Origin: Pseudomonadota bacterium
GTDB taxonomy: Bacteria > Bdellovibrionota > Bdellovibrionia > Bdellovibrionales > JACTMU01
Direction: 5' to 3'
Assembly (NCBI GenBank): GCA_014584465.1
Contig: JACTMU010000079.1
Location: forward strand, 8,065 to 72,064
DNA: 64,000 bases
Part shown: positions 9,738-19,319 of the stretch, piece by piece
Layout of the letters: every line of letters starts with the position of its first letter
Position numbering within the stretch: the first letter of the stretch is position 1
Made by a program: the position numbers and the translations under genes
The notes under the pieces: generated by a model
Told to the model about the DNA's origin: nothing
The model's database searches: none
What the model saw: only the letters and a program-made list of their open reading frames with translations

Positions 9738-11558
9738 ATGAAATGGAGTCCTAAAGGGAGACAAAACGTGAGTTTAAAACATAGGTACAGATGTGGAATC
9801 ATTGGAAACTGCGCATTCATTGCCCATATCGACGAAAGTGCAGACGTCAACTGGCTCTGTTGGCCCCGATTTGACAGCAGCTTCATCTTTGGAAATCTCC
9901 TCGACTCAAAACGAGGAGGTAGCTTCTACATTCGCCCCGAGGGCGAAAATTTTCTCTCTCATCAGACCTACCTCCAAAACACCAACGTTTTGGTCACAGA
10001 ATTTCATGCCGCAGATGGAAAATTTCGAGTGATTGATTTTGCTCCAAGGTTTCTTCAGTTTGAACGCTACTTTAAGCCCCTTATGCTTTGCCGAAAGATC
10101 GAGCTCCTTGAAGGACATCCCCGAATTCGCATCGTCTGCCAGCCTCGAGGAGAGTATGGTCAGACCACCCCTGAGGTCCAGGTTGGTAGCAATCATGTGC
10201 GATACAGTGGCTTAGGGGCTCAAGTTCGACTTACAGCCAATGTCCCTATCACCTACCTCGTTCAAGAACAGCCCTTTGTCCTTAACGAAACACGATATCT
10301 TGTGATGACTTGGGGCGCACCACTTGAAGCACCACTTGAAGCAACCTGTGAAGATTTCCTAAGAAAGACGATCAACTATTGGCGCCTGTGGGTGCTTCGC
10401 TGCTCCATTGGGAACTTCTTTCAAGATGCCGTCATTCGATCTGCTCTTGCTTTAAAACTTCACCAGTATGATGACACCGGAGCCATCATTGCCTCTGCGA
10501 CCACAAGTCTCCCTGAACATCCCCACAGTGGTCGAACGTGGGACTATCGTTACTGTTGGATGCGCGACGCCTACTACACGCTGACCGCTCTGAACAACAT
10601 CAGCCAGTTTGAAGAACTTGAACTCTACGCAAGCTATCTTCAAAACATCGCCACCTCAGAGCATGGACGTTACCGCCCCGTCTACTCGATCTCCGGGGAC
10701 CACAACCTCACTGAGAAGACCTTATCACTTGATGGATATTTGGGAAATCAACCCGTTCGCATAGGCAACCAGGCCTCTCTGCACATCCAAAACGACGTCT
10801 ATGGGCAGATGCTCGTCTCGATTCTTCGCTTCTATGTCGATCGAAGATTCATTGGCAACCACAGTCTCTACTCAAAAAAGCTCATTCATCATCTTCTCAG
10901 TTGCATTGAAAGTACTATGGAAGAACCTGATGCTGGTCTATGGGAGTTTCGAAATCGTGCCCAAAAGCATTGTTACACCTTCCTTTTTCACTGGGCTGGC
11001 AGTGCCGCGGCTGAACGAATCGGCGTTGCTTCACAAAACCTTGAGATGGTTCGTCTCGCACGAAAACTCAAGTCACTTGCTGCAAACCAGATTGAGTCCG
11101 CCTACAATCCGACTCTTCAAGCCTACACTCAATCGGTGGGAGGCGAAAATCTCGATGCAAGCCTTCTTCAACTGATTACGATGAACTACCTTGAGCCTCA
11201 ATCCCCTAAGACCGTAGCCCACCTCAGCCGACTTGAGAAGGAGTTGATGACTCCAGAGGGCCTCTTTTTTCGCTACAAACATCAGGACGACTTGGGCAAA
11301 CCTGAATCCACCTTTCTGGTCTGCTCCTACTGGTATGTCGAGGCATTGGCGTGCATGGGACGAATCGACGAGGCAATGAGTCATTTTGAAAATCTTCAAC
11401 AATATGGAAATCATCTCGGACTTTTGAGCGAAGATGTCGATGCCTCCACAGGAAGTCAGTGGGGAAATTTTCCACAAACCTACAGCCATGTAGGGTTGAT
11501 GAATGCGGCATTTCGTATTACAAGAAAGATTGATCGTCCCGATTTTCTGATTTCGTGA
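9738..11558 (+). CDS. Glycoside hydrolase family 15 (glucoamylase / trehalose-pathway associated)
   Basis: 606 aa. Contains TTSLPEHPHSGRTWDYRYCWMRDAYYT and a C-terminal LSEDVD...G.QWGNFPQTYSHVGL, both typical of bacterial GH15. Confidence 0.85.
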   Translation: MKWSPKGRQNVSLKHRYRCGIIGNCAFIAHIDESADVNWLCWPRFDSSFIFGNLLDSKRGGSFYIRPEGENFLSHQTYLQNTNVLVTEFHAADGKFRVIDFAPRFLQFERYFKPLMLCRKIELLEGHPRIRIVCQPRGEYGQTTPEVQVGSNHVRYSGLGAQVRLTANVPITYLVQEQPFVLNETRYLVMTWGAPLEAPLEATCEDFLRKTINYWRLWVLRCSIGNFFQDAVIRSALALKLHQYDDTGAIIASATTSLPEHPHSGRTWDYRYCWMRDAYYTLTALNNISQFEELELYASYLQNIATSEHGRYRPVYSISGDHNLTEKTLSLDGYLGNQPVRIGNQASLHIQNDVYGQMLVSILRFYVDRRFIGNHSLYSKKLIHHLLSCIESTMEEPDAGLWEFRNRAQKHCYTFLFHWAGSAAAERIGVASQNLEMVRLARKLKSLAANQIESAYNPTLQAYTQSVGGENLDASLLQLITMNYLEPQSPKTVAHLSRLEKELMTPEGLFFRYKHQDDLGKPESTFLVCSYWYVEALACMGRIDEAMSHFENLQQYGNHLGLLSEDVDASTGSQWGNFPQTYSHVGLMNAAFRITRKIDRPDFLIS

Positions 11559-11595
11559 AAGGAGGTGCACTATCCACTCGAACGATCGATGGATC

Positions 11596-13770
11596 GTGGT
11601 CAGCAACCGGCTGCCATTTTCAAAGGACCCGCTTACGGGAAATCTTCAACCCTCTTCTGGTGGTCTTGTCTCTGCTTTGAAGGGCATCAAATGGGACCAA
11701 GGGAAAATCTGGGTCGGAATTCCTGGTGGCCTGACTGAAGCGGAATGGAAGGACCTTCCCCGGGAGCAAGTAGAAAATTATGAGCCCCTCTTCATCTCAA
11801 GTCGCACCTACAGTCGCTACTACAATGGAATCTCAAACAATGTGCTTTGGCCTCTTTTTCACTACGAAAGTGATCTTGTTCGCTTTCGTTGGGAAGATTG
11901 GACGGCCTACAAGAGAGTCAATGAGGAGTTTGCCGAAAAGATTGCGGATCTTGCCCAACCCAACGATCTTATCTGGATTCATGACTTTCACCTCTTTTTG
12001 CTCCCTCAACTTCTGAAGGAGAGACGAGCTGAACTGCGAATCGGGTTCTTTCTACACATTCCTTTTCCAAGTTCTGAAATCTTTCGTCAACTCCCCGTGC
12101 GCCGCGAAGTTCTTGAAGGATTGATCGGAGCTGATCTGATTGGGTTCCACGACTATTCCTACCTTAGGCACTTTTGCAGCTCACTGCGCCTTCTTCTGGG
12201 CCTGGACTCCAACCTCGTTTCTGTCACACGAAGAGATCATACCACTCTTCAGCTCGGTGTCTTTCCTGTGAGCATTGAATCTGATGAACTCATGAAGAGA
12301 GCCATGAGCAAAGATGTGAGCTTCCACTTTAGAAAGTTCAAACACCACAAACAGACCCAACAACTCATTCTTGGAGTTGACCGACTCGACTATACCAAGG
12401 GGATCGACCTCAAGCTGGTCGCATTTCGAGAACTTTTGCGTGAACATCCTGAACTTCGAGAAACCGTTTCTCTACTTCAAATCGCGGTTCCAACCCGTCA
12501 CGAAATTCCAAGATACAGAGAGCTCAAGGGCAACATCGAACAGATGGTGGGTGAGATCAATGGAGAATTTGGAAGTCCAAATCATGTCCCCATTCAATAC
12601 CTCTACACCTCAGTGTCTCTGGACCAGCTTCTCGCCCTCTATCGGCTGTCCGATGTCCTTATGGTCACAAGCAAACGCGACGGGATGAATCTTGTCTGTT
12701 TGGAGTACATCATTTCTCAAGATCGTCATGATCCTGGCGTAGTCCTTTTAAGTGAGTTCGCAGGTGCAATCTCCAATTTGAGCCATGTGATCCCCTTAAA
12801 TCCTTGGGATATCCCCGACACAGCAGAACGATTGGCCAAGGCTCTATCCATCTCGAAGAAAGAGCGTATCCTACTTCATGAACCTATGGCTCAATATCTC
12901 AAACGATACACCTCCTCCCACTGGGCCCAATCTTTTATGGGCGCTTTGGATCGATGCAAAGCACGGACCACCCGAATTGTCGACCTTCCCATAAAAGGAG
13001 CCGATGTCCTTCTCCCCGATTCAGCACTTAAGATCATTTCCGATCGAGACATTCTTGTTTTTTGTGATTTTGATGGCACGCTGGTCCCTATTCATGAGAA
13101 TCCCTCCCAGGCGCTCCTGACCAAAGATCTAAAGGGAGAACTTGAAGCGGTTTTAGGAAGCGGGCGAATTTCGCTGGTTGTGGTGAGCGGTCGAAATGCT
13201 CCCTTTTTGCTCGATCAGTTTTCAACTCTTCATGTGGGTTTGGGTGCAGAACATGGGGCAAAATTTTATGACACTCAACGTGCCCGCTGGAGCTCACTTG
13301 TGCGATCGGACCGCCACTCTTGGATGCCACACGCGCGAAAGATTATGGAGGACTACACAGAGCGCGTGCCCGGAAGCCACATTGAGAAGAAGGAGTATTC
13401 TCTGGCTTGGCACTTTCGAAAATCACCAGAGGAGTTTGGAACCTACTTGAGTCATAAGCTAATGGAAGAGCTTCAGATTGGCCTCTCCAATCTTCCCGTC
13501 ACGATGGTGTATGGAAAGAAGGTCGTGGAAGCTCGCTCCATCGAAGCCAACAAAGGAAGCTTTGCAAGATGGTTCATCGAAACGCAATCCTCTGCCAAAG
13601 GTAAGTTCTTTGTTGCCATTGGAGATGATCAAACCGATGAGGACCTCTTTTCAGCGTTGCCAGAAGGAAGTCTCACTGTAAAGGTTGGAGAAGGAACAAC
13701 ACTTGCAAAATACCGCCTTCACGATCAAGCCAACGTCTACAACCTACTTCGCACCCTCTCCAGAATGTGA
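11596..13770 (+). CDS. Bifunctional trehalose-6-phosphate synthase / phosphatase (OtsA-OtsB fusion)
   Basis: GT20 N-terminus VVSNRLP...SGGLVSAL and WIHDFHL. C-terminal HAD phosphatase motifs FCDFDGTL and GDDQTDEDLF. The start codon is uncertain (see findings). Confidence 0.9.
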   Translation: MVSNRLPFSKDPLTGNLQPSSGGLVSALKGIKWDQGKIWVGIPGGLTEAEWKDLPREQVENYEPLFISSRTYSRYYNGISNNVLWPLFHYESDLVRFRWEDWTAYKRVNEEFAEKIADLAQPNDLIWIHDFHLFLLPQLLKERRAELRIGFFLHIPFPSSEIFRQLPVRREVLEGLIGADLIGFHDYSYLRHFCSSLRLLLGLDSNLVSVTRRDHTTLQLGVFPVSIESDELMKRAMSKDVSFHFRKFKHHKQTQQLILGVDRLDYTKGIDLKLVAFRELLREHPELRETVSLLQIAVPTRHEIPRYRELKGNIEQMVGEINGEFGSPNHVPIQYLYTSVSLDQLLALYRLSDVLMVTSKRDGMNLVCLEYIISQDRHDPGVVLLSEFAGAISNLSHVIPLNPWDIPDTAERLAKALSISKKERILLHEPMAQYLKRYTSSHWAQSFMGALDRCKARTTRIVDLPIKGADVLLPDSALKIISDRDILVFCDFDGTLVPIHENPSQALLTKDLKGELEAVLGSGRISLVVVSGRNAPFLLDQFSTLHVGLGAEHGAKFYDTQRARWSSLVRSDRHSWMPHARKIMEDYTERVPGSHIEKKEYSLAWHFRKSPEEFGTYLSHKLMEELQIGLSNLPVTMVYGKKVVEARSIEANKGSFARWFIETQSSAKGKFFVAIGDDQTDEDLFSALPEGSLTVKVGEGTTLAKYRLHDQANVYNLLRTLSRM

Positions 13771-13812
13771 ATGAAAATCAAAGAACAAAAAAACCCGGAT
13801 GTGCAGTGCACG

Positions 13813-14220
13813 CTACAGCTGATAGCCTTTCATTGCACGACGAGCTTTTTGAACTGAGGTTAAGTCTTGGATCATCTGTGTCTTCTCTTTTTCAACAAGT
13901 GAAAGAATTCTTAGATCCTGATCCACAATTCCAGCCACAAGGCTCTCTTTTTCGGAGACGAGCTTGGAGATCCTTTCGTGAAGGTCATTCTGATCCAGGT
14001 CTTCAACAGCAAGGTTCTTGAGGGCCAAATCAAGTTTTTGATCAATCTCCCCAATTACCTTCAAAATCTCATCACGAACTTCATAGAAGCGTTCAAGATG
14101 ATCAAAGTTTCCCTGTTCAAAGTTGAGCATTTCAACTTCGTTGAGAAGAAAGAATCTCTCTAAGAAGTGATTCTTGTTCTTTAGTAACACGATGATTCGA
14201 TTCATCTTGGACTCCCCCAA
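13813..14220 (-). CDS. Hypothetical helical protein. Proposed as a FliT-like export chaperone from its position only.
   Basis: 135-aa helical, charged ORF immediately downstream of fliS. The order flaG-fliD-fliS-X mirrors the Bacillus flaG-fliD-fliS-fliT arrangement. Confidence 0.4.
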   Translation of the reverse strand: MGESKMNRIIVLLKNKNHFLERFFLLNEVEMLNFEQGNFDHLERFYEVRDEILKVIGEIDQKLDLALKNLAVEDLDQNDLHERISKLVSEKESLVAGIVDQDLRILSLVEKEKTQMIQDLTSVQKARRAMKGYQL

Positions 14221-14246
14221 TATTTGTGAGTCGATCTACCGACTCG

Positions 14247-14639
14247 TTACAATCCAGAACTGTTTTCTCTCTTCAACTGTTCGACGGCGCGGCTCCATCC
14301 ATCATAGAGTGTTTCGAGCAACTTCAATACATGCTGCAATGGAACAACATCATTTTTAATGTTTGCTTGAGTCAGTTGACTTGTCATAAACATGTAAAGC
14401 TGTTCTAAGTTTGCCGAAAGCTCGCCTCCTGCCTCATGATTTAAGGTGTTGTTGAGCTCGAGAATGATATCATAGACGCGACCAACGTTCATTCCTCGCT
14501 CGCCAATATCGCCCTTTTCTACTGCGATGATTGCACGCTTGGTGAACTTGATGGCCCCCTCATAGAGCATGAGGAGAAGTTTTTCTCGACTGGCACTCTG
14601 AATGGATGTGGTTTTGTATTTTTGATATCCGCTCTTCAT
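14247..14639 (-). CDS. fliS: Flagellar export chaperone FliS
   Basis: YQKYKTTSIQSASREKLLLMLYEGAIKF... and a size of 130 aa are typical of FliS. Confidence 0.9.
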   Translation of the reverse strand: MKSGYQKYKTTSIQSASREKLLLMLYEGAIKFTKRAIIAVEKGDIGERGMNVGRVYDIILELNNTLNHEAGGELSANLEQLYMFMTSQLTQANIKNDVVPLQHVLKLLETLYDGWSRAVEQLKRENSSGL

Positions 14640-14687
14640 TGATGCTTTAAACCTCCGTGTGGTCGGATCAGTTTGACCTTAACCACT

Positions 14688-14715
14688 TCATCGGAATCTC
14701 TATTTCCTATCTTTA
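14688..14715 (-). promoter_or_regulatory. Candidate sigma-28 promoter between fliD and fliS
   Basis: The minus strand reads TAAAGATA-N12-TCCGATGA. The consensus is TAAAGTTT-N11-GCCGATAA, so the spacer is 1 nt long and each element matches at 6 of 8 positions. Confidence 0.35.
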
Positions 14716-14730
14716 AAATACAATTTCCTA

Positions 14731-16131
14731 TCATCCTGCCGTCAAAGATCCTGCACCTAAGTTAAGTCCTGTCGATGCCCCAGCAGAGGCCGCAAATGAT
14801 GCCATCGCGCTGCCTTGCGACTTAAGCTTGGACATGGACTGCTCGAGTCGAGAAAACTTCTGTCGCAACTGCACCTCTTTCTTTGCCAGCTGCTCCTCTT
14901 TTCTTGCAACACTTTTATCAAATTGTGAAATTCTGTTTTCCAGACTCTGCTTTCGATTGGCAATCGGACCAAAGGTTTGGTTGAGAATTGAATCAATGTC
15001 GCGCTTCAAGGTGGGAATGAAACCAACTTTGAATCCGTCTCCTGCAAAGAAGGCTTGAACATCACCAGGAGTTCGAGATGTGAGCGCATGAAATTTATCT
15101 GCATCAAAGTCAAGTAAGCCATTGCGATTGAAGGCAATTCCTAGTTGATTCAACCGTGTGATGGATCCTTGCACACCATACTGTGGGTCCAGAACCAACC
15201 TTCGAAGCCTCGCCTCAATGGTTCGAAGGATTGAGTCACCTCCTAGAGTGCGAGAGGTGTCGGTGTGTTCATTCATTTTGTTTTGACTCTGAATGAATGA
15301 GAAAACCTCGTTCATTGAGCTTACAAAATCCTTAACTTTTCCTGTGACGGCATCGATATCCTCTTTGACTGTGACATTCACTTGACGTCCGGGCGAAGCT
15401 TGTTTTAGATCTAGAGTTACTCCAGGAATGAGATCAACGATCTTGTTGTCCGAGATCTCCATCTCAAAGCCGTCCAGCTTGATCACACCATTTTGAGCCG
15501 AACGCTCTTCATCGAAGTAGAGATCCATATCTCCATCTAAGAAATAGAGCCTCGGATATTCGATCTGATTGTCATCACCCACATTTTCACCGGATAGAAC
15601 CAGACGAAATGGGTACTCTTTATCCTTTCGATCATTGATGACCGTTGCACGAATTCCGATGTTGGCCCCATTGATGGCCTTTGCCGCTCCATCCAGCGTG
15701 TTGTTGTCTCCATTGATGTAGACTTCACGTGTTCCTTCAGGAGTCTCAAATGAAAAATAGCCTACCCCGATCTCCGTTCGATCTTTATCCGGAAAGCCAT
15801 TGGTCACGGCCGCTGCCTTTTGGGCCAGCTGAAGAACTTCGATGTTCCAACTTCCCGGCGCCGCAAACTCTGGATCCACAGTCCCTTGAACAATGTTCGT
15901 ATCACCTGAAATGAATTTGATGTCCGAGAACCCTCGCGTTCCAGCAAGTTCTGCAATGGAGGCTTTGATTTTGCGCGTACTCTCTTCGAGCTTGTTGACA
16001 AGTTCTAACTTCGTGCTGCTTTGCTCACGTTTCTTTTCAATGTTTTTAATCGGAATCTTTTCAACTTCGATCAGCTGCTCGATCAAATTGGGCGGCAACC
16101 CCGTATTGATTCCTGAAAAGGCTATTGGCAC
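14731..16131 (-). CDS. fliD: Flagellar filament capping protein FliD
   Basis: GTG start preceded by AGGAGG. N-terminus PIAFSGINTGLPPNLIEQLIEVEKIPI, and the C-terminal coiled coil is typical of FliD. Confidence 0.9.
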   Translation of the reverse strand: MPIAFSGINTGLPPNLIEQLIEVEKIPIKNIEKKREQSSTKLELVNKLEESTRKIKASIAELAGTRGFSDIKFISGDTNIVQGTVDPEFAAPGSWNIEVLQLAQKAAAVTNGFPDKDRTEIGVGYFSFETPEGTREVYINGDNNTLDGAAKAINGANIGIRATVINDRKDKEYPFRLVLSGENVGDDNQIEYPRLYFLDGDMDLYFDEERSAQNGVIKLDGFEMEISDNKIVDLIPGVTLDLKQASPGRQVNVTVKEDIDAVTGKVKDFVSSMNEVFSFIQSQNKMNEHTDTSRTLGGDSILRTIEARLRRLVLDPQYGVQGSITRLNQLGIAFNRNGLLDFDADKFHALTSRTPGDVQAFFAGDGFKVGFIPTLKRDIDSILNQTFGPIANRKQSLENRISQFDKSVARKEEQLAKKEVQLRQKFSRLEQSMSKLKSQGSAMASFAASAGASTGLNLGAGSLTAG

Positions 16132-16207
16132 CCTCGTCCTCCTGACACAGGTGTTTTCTCATTTTATTATGGCAGATCTTTTTTAAAACTGTGAGTCAAT
16201 AATCCGT

Positions 16208-16618
16208 CTAGCCTACTCGATGGTAGAGAGAACCCGGACGATCCTCTTGTGAGTGAAGAATGGACCCGAGATCTTCCTCTTCGATTCTTCGCACAACCTT
16301 TCCCTGAAGATCTTCAATAACGACAAATCGTCGTTTTCCCACAAGGGTCACATGGACCTTGAGATGGTTGTTCTTCACTCCGGGATGAGATTCGATCATT
16401 CGTACAGCTTCTTGAAATTCCTCCTCGGTCAGAGGTCTACGCTGTTCTTCTTCCTTTTGGTCTTGCTGATAGGCTTGTCCACCGCCATCGCGATCGGTCG
16501 CAGACTGAAGCCTTGATCCTTCACGAAGGTTTTCTACACGATGATCCTGTTGAAAGGGGATCGGGTATTTGGGCAATATCTTAAAGTCCATGGCATCTCT
16601 CTTTCGGTCAAAATTCAA
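16208..16618 (-). CDS. flaG: FlaG-family flagellar protein
   Basis: The C-terminal VHVTLVGKRRFVVIEDLQGKVVRRIEEEDL matches the FlaG fold pattern. It sits directly upstream of fliD. The start is uncertain (TTG, or an internal ATG). Confidence 0.7.
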   Translation of the reverse strand: MNFDRKRDAMDFKILPKYPIPFQQDHRVENLREGSRLQSATDRDGGGQAYQQDQKEEEQRRPLTEEEFQEAVRMIESHPGVKNNHLKVHVTLVGKRRFVVIEDLQGKVVRRIEEEDLGSILHSQEDRPGSLYHRVG

Positions 16619-16657
16619 AATCTCTGAAGTCCAGTACTTCTACAGTTCACAAAGTAC

Positions 16658-16724
16658 CCCAGAGGGCTTTAGATAACCCTCTGGGTAGGTTGGGATACCC
16701 GGGAGACCTAAGGAGTATCTCCCG
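16658..16724 (-). terminator. Two stem-loops downstream of flagellin 1
   Basis: First hairpin: CCCAGAGGG-N10-CCCTCTGGG (16658..16685). Second hairpin: CGGGAGA-N11-TCTCCCG (16700..16724). Both follow the stop at 16741. The U-tract is weak. Confidence 0.5.
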
Positions 16725-16740
16725 TAAGACCACCTGGAAC

Positions 16741-17574
16741 TTAGCTGAGAAGCTTAAGTGCCATGGATGGTTGAGAGTTGGCTTGTGTCAAAACTGAAGT
16801 TGATGCATTTAACAAGATGTTATTGCGTGTCAGCTCTGCACTGGATTCTGCTATATCTGCATCTCGGACCCGCGAATTGGCGGCTGAGATGTTTTCTATC
16901 GAAATTCCTAAATTGCTATCTGCTGAGATGAGGCGATTTTGAACGGCTCCCAAGGTCGCTCGATAGCCATTGACCTTTCCGAGCGCCTCTTCGATGGTCG
17001 TAAGTGCGCCTCGTGCCCCATCTTTGGTTGTAAAGTCGAAACCGTCAGTGCCAAGCACATCATTGGTTGCAACCTGTTGTCCTGCATTGAATGTAATGCG
17101 ATCGTTGAAGTCATCATTCCCGATATCCACCTGAAACTCAAAAGAGTCAGCAGATCCATCCAGGAGATGAATGTTTCCAAATCGAGTCGCCTTTGCAATA
17201 CGTTGGGATTCGTTTTTGAGCTCTTGCACCTCCATGTCAATGAACGCTCTCTCTTCTTTACCTACGGTATCACTTGCCGCCTGCACACCGAGCTCTCTCA
17301 GTCGAATGAGAATGGTGCTGATCTCGTTAAGACCACCCTCTGCGGTTTGCACCATGGACATCGCGTCCTGCGCGTTTCGTTGCGCTTGGTGGAATCCACG
17401 AATGTGGGATTTTAAGGTCTCACTGATCGACAGCCCTGCAGCGTCGTCTGCAGCTTTGGTGATTCGATCACCAGATGAGAGTTGAGCAAAGCTCTTACTG
17501 ATGTTGCGTTGGCTGTTGGCAAGTGCCCTTTGGGCATTGATCGATGCCATGTTGGTTGTAATTCGTAAGCCCAT
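16741..17574 (-). CDS. fliC: Flagellin (paralog 1)
   Basis: N-terminus MGLRITTNMASINAQRAL...LSSG.RI..AADDAAGL and C-terminus TQANSQPSMALKLLS. Confidence 0.95.
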   Translation of the reverse strand: MGLRITTNMASINAQRALANSQRNISKSFAQLSSGDRITKAADDAAGLSISETLKSHIRGFHQAQRNAQDAMSMVQTAEGGLNEISTILIRLRELGVQAASDTVGKEERAFIDMEVQELKNESQRIAKATRFGNIHLLDGSADSFEFQVDIGNDDFNDRITFNAGQQVATNDVLGTDGFDFTTKDGARGALTTIEEALGKVNGYRATLGAVQNRLISADSNLGISIENISAANSRVRDADIAESSAELTRNNILLNASTSVLTQANSQPSMALKLLS

Positions 17575-18035
17575 TTCTTCTCCTCCTCAGAGTAGAAAAA
17601 TCCCTTTACCCTCAAAGAGAGTCCGACCTACCTCGGATCTTTTCTTTAGGAGCGCCGATTCCTGGCACATTTGGTTGAATACGTTGAAGTCTTTCAGGCT
17701 CAAACTCGCTTTGATCTCTCTGCAAACGATGATCTTGAAGCAGTCACTCTTCATGATCCTCTTGAGGGATCCAGTCGAGTTTTCACTTGACCGACACCAA
17801 CTCTTTCGGCGAGGTCGCGCTCTTCTGAAGTCTCGTCGAGCGAAACTGGACTAAAGGAGGAGAATATCTAGACTTAGGAATTGAAATCAAGACGAACAAC
17901 GCGTTCTTTTCAGGGCGAAGGTCGAGACTGACACTTTGTCTATGCCGACCTTATATCGATGGACATGAGACCAATTGGACGTTTTGCCAGTCTGGCAACG
18001 GAGCTTCACCATTTTGAACCCAGATCTTGGCATCA

Positions 18036-18068
18036 ATAAAGAAAAAACCCAGGGGATGATCCCCTGGG
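18036..18068 (-). terminator. Rho-independent terminator of flagellin 2
   Basis: CCCAGGGGA-TGA-TCCCCTGGG forms a perfect 9-bp stem (18048..18068). On the minus strand it is followed by TTTTTTCTTT. Confidence 0.8.
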
Positions 18069-18128
18069 CGGGCTTAAGAGTAGTTTGTCTGTGGGCTACT
18101 ACTCCAGTTTAAATATGCGACTGTGGGC

Positions 18129-18953
18129 CTAAAGCAGCTTGAGCGCCTGACTGCCTACGGTGTTCGCTTGCGCCAGAACACTGATCGCAGCTTGTTGAAG
18201 GATCTGAGATGAAGCAGCTTCAGCTGTCTCATAGGCAATGTCTGCGTCTGAGAGCCGCGAAAAGGCCGCAGCCATATTTTCATTTTGTATATCTAAGTTA
18301 CTTACAGTTGCTTGAAGTCGGCTTGACACCGCACCAAAATCGGCGCGGAGCTTACCAAGATCAATGAGTGACTGGTCCACGGCATCCAGAGTGGCCCGCG
18401 CGGCACTCTTTGATTCTACAGAGAGTCCAGAATATCCAAGAGTGCTTCCAGTGGCATCTGCCGTGATTTGGTAGCGAATGATATTTTCTTCACCGCCAAA
18501 AGCGCCTACATGAAATTCCATTTCATCACCAGCTCCATTAAGTAAAACCTTGTTTCCAAATCGGGTTGTTTGGGCAATTCGATCAGCCTCCATGATCAAC
18601 TGTTGCGCTTCCTGATCTAAGAATCCACGCTCCACCTCTCCAACGTTGTCACTGGCAGCCTGAACACCAAGTTCTCGAAGTCGAATGAGAACGTTGTTGA
18701 TCTCACTCAAGCCACCTTCACTGACTTGAATGAGCGATTGGGCATTGAAGGCGTTGTTTCGAGCTTGCACGAGTCCGCGTCTCTGTGCCTGAATGTTTTG
18801 TGAGATGGCCAGTCCAGCGGCATCATCTGCAGCTGTGACAATTCGGTTACCTGAAGACAAAGATGCCAATGCATGTTCGCTTCGCTTTTGCTGTTTCCCC
18901 AATTGCCTCTGTGCATTGATGGATGCGATGTTTGTGTTGATTCTTAAGCCCAT
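18129..18953 (-). CDS. fliC: Flagellin (paralog 2)
   Basis: The true start is taken at the internal MGLRINTNIASINAQRQL, whose ATG at 18953 is preceded by GGAGGTTTGAA. The track ORF extends to 19115 without flagellin similarity. Confidence 0.93.
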   Translation of the reverse strand: MGLRINTNIASINAQRQLGKQQKRSEHALASLSSGNRIVTAADDAAGLAISQNIQAQRRGLVQARNNAFNAQSLIQVSEGGLSEINNVLIRLRELGVQAASDNVGEVERGFLDQEAQQLIMEADRIAQTTRFGNKVLLNGAGDEMEFHVGAFGGEENIIRYQITADATGSTLGYSGLSVESKSAARATLDAVDQSLIDLGKLRADFGAVSSRLQATVSNLDIQNENMAAAFSRLSDADIAYETAEAASSQILQQAAISVLAQANTVGSQALKLL

Positions 18954-19197
18954 TTCAAACCTCCAACGGGTTGAACACATTTTCCCTGTGTCAAATCCGT
19001 CCGCCCCTTTGGTGCCCACCGGCCCAATGAAAAAGGGATGCAGCTCTGCTCTTCCGTAAGTGGTTATTAATTTTTTCTTGCTGGAGATGGGCCGGCGTTC
19101 AAGTGGTGACTGCACTTAAATCGCCGGTTTGACTTGATTGGCACTTCGAGTGACTGCTGAAATGCTTCGATCAAGAGCTCCAACGTATTCAAGCAAC

Positions 19198-19224
19198 TTC
19201 TCGGCCTTGGTCTAGAAAACTTTA
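19198..19224 (-). promoter_or_regulatory. Sigma-28 promoter of flagellin 2
   Basis: The minus strand reads TAAAGTTT-N11-GCCGAGAA. The -35 is a perfect match and the -10 matches at 7 of 8 positions. It lies about 245 nt upstream of the ATG. Confidence 0.75.
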
Positions 19225-19319
19225 GCCTTTGGTCTAGGCTGAAGTGCTACGCAAAGCGTCTTGTCATTGATATGAATGAGAGTTTATGGAAAATATTTTT
19301 TTTGCACGATGTCCTGAGG

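Noticed and set aside
16908-17485. Overlapping and antisense ORFs within flagellin 1. Similar ones occur within flagellins 2 and 3 and within most of the large genes.
   Set aside because: They are embedded in genes that have unambiguous family signatures on the other strand or frame. They have no SD and no recognisable motifs.
17660-17676. Sigma-54-like CTGGCACATTTGGTTGA on the plus strand, in the flagellin 1 upstream region
   Set aside because: The TTG of the -12 element is displaced by 1 nt from the TGGCAC-N5-TTGC spacing and is followed by A rather than C. It also points away from flagellin 1, into a region with no credible plus-strand gene.
17803-17830. Possible sigma-28 promoter for flagellin 1 (-10-like GCCGAAAG on the minus strand)
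   Set aside because: The corresponding -35 position reads TTCAGAAG, about 3 of 8 matches to TAAAGTTT. That is far weaker than the two clear flagellin promoters, so it is not called as a feature.
18954-19115. 54-aa N-terminal extension of the flagellin 2 ORF in the track
   Set aside because: The flagellin homology starts exactly at the internal MGLRINTN, which has a GGAGG SD. The extension overlaps the leader and has no flagellin similarity.
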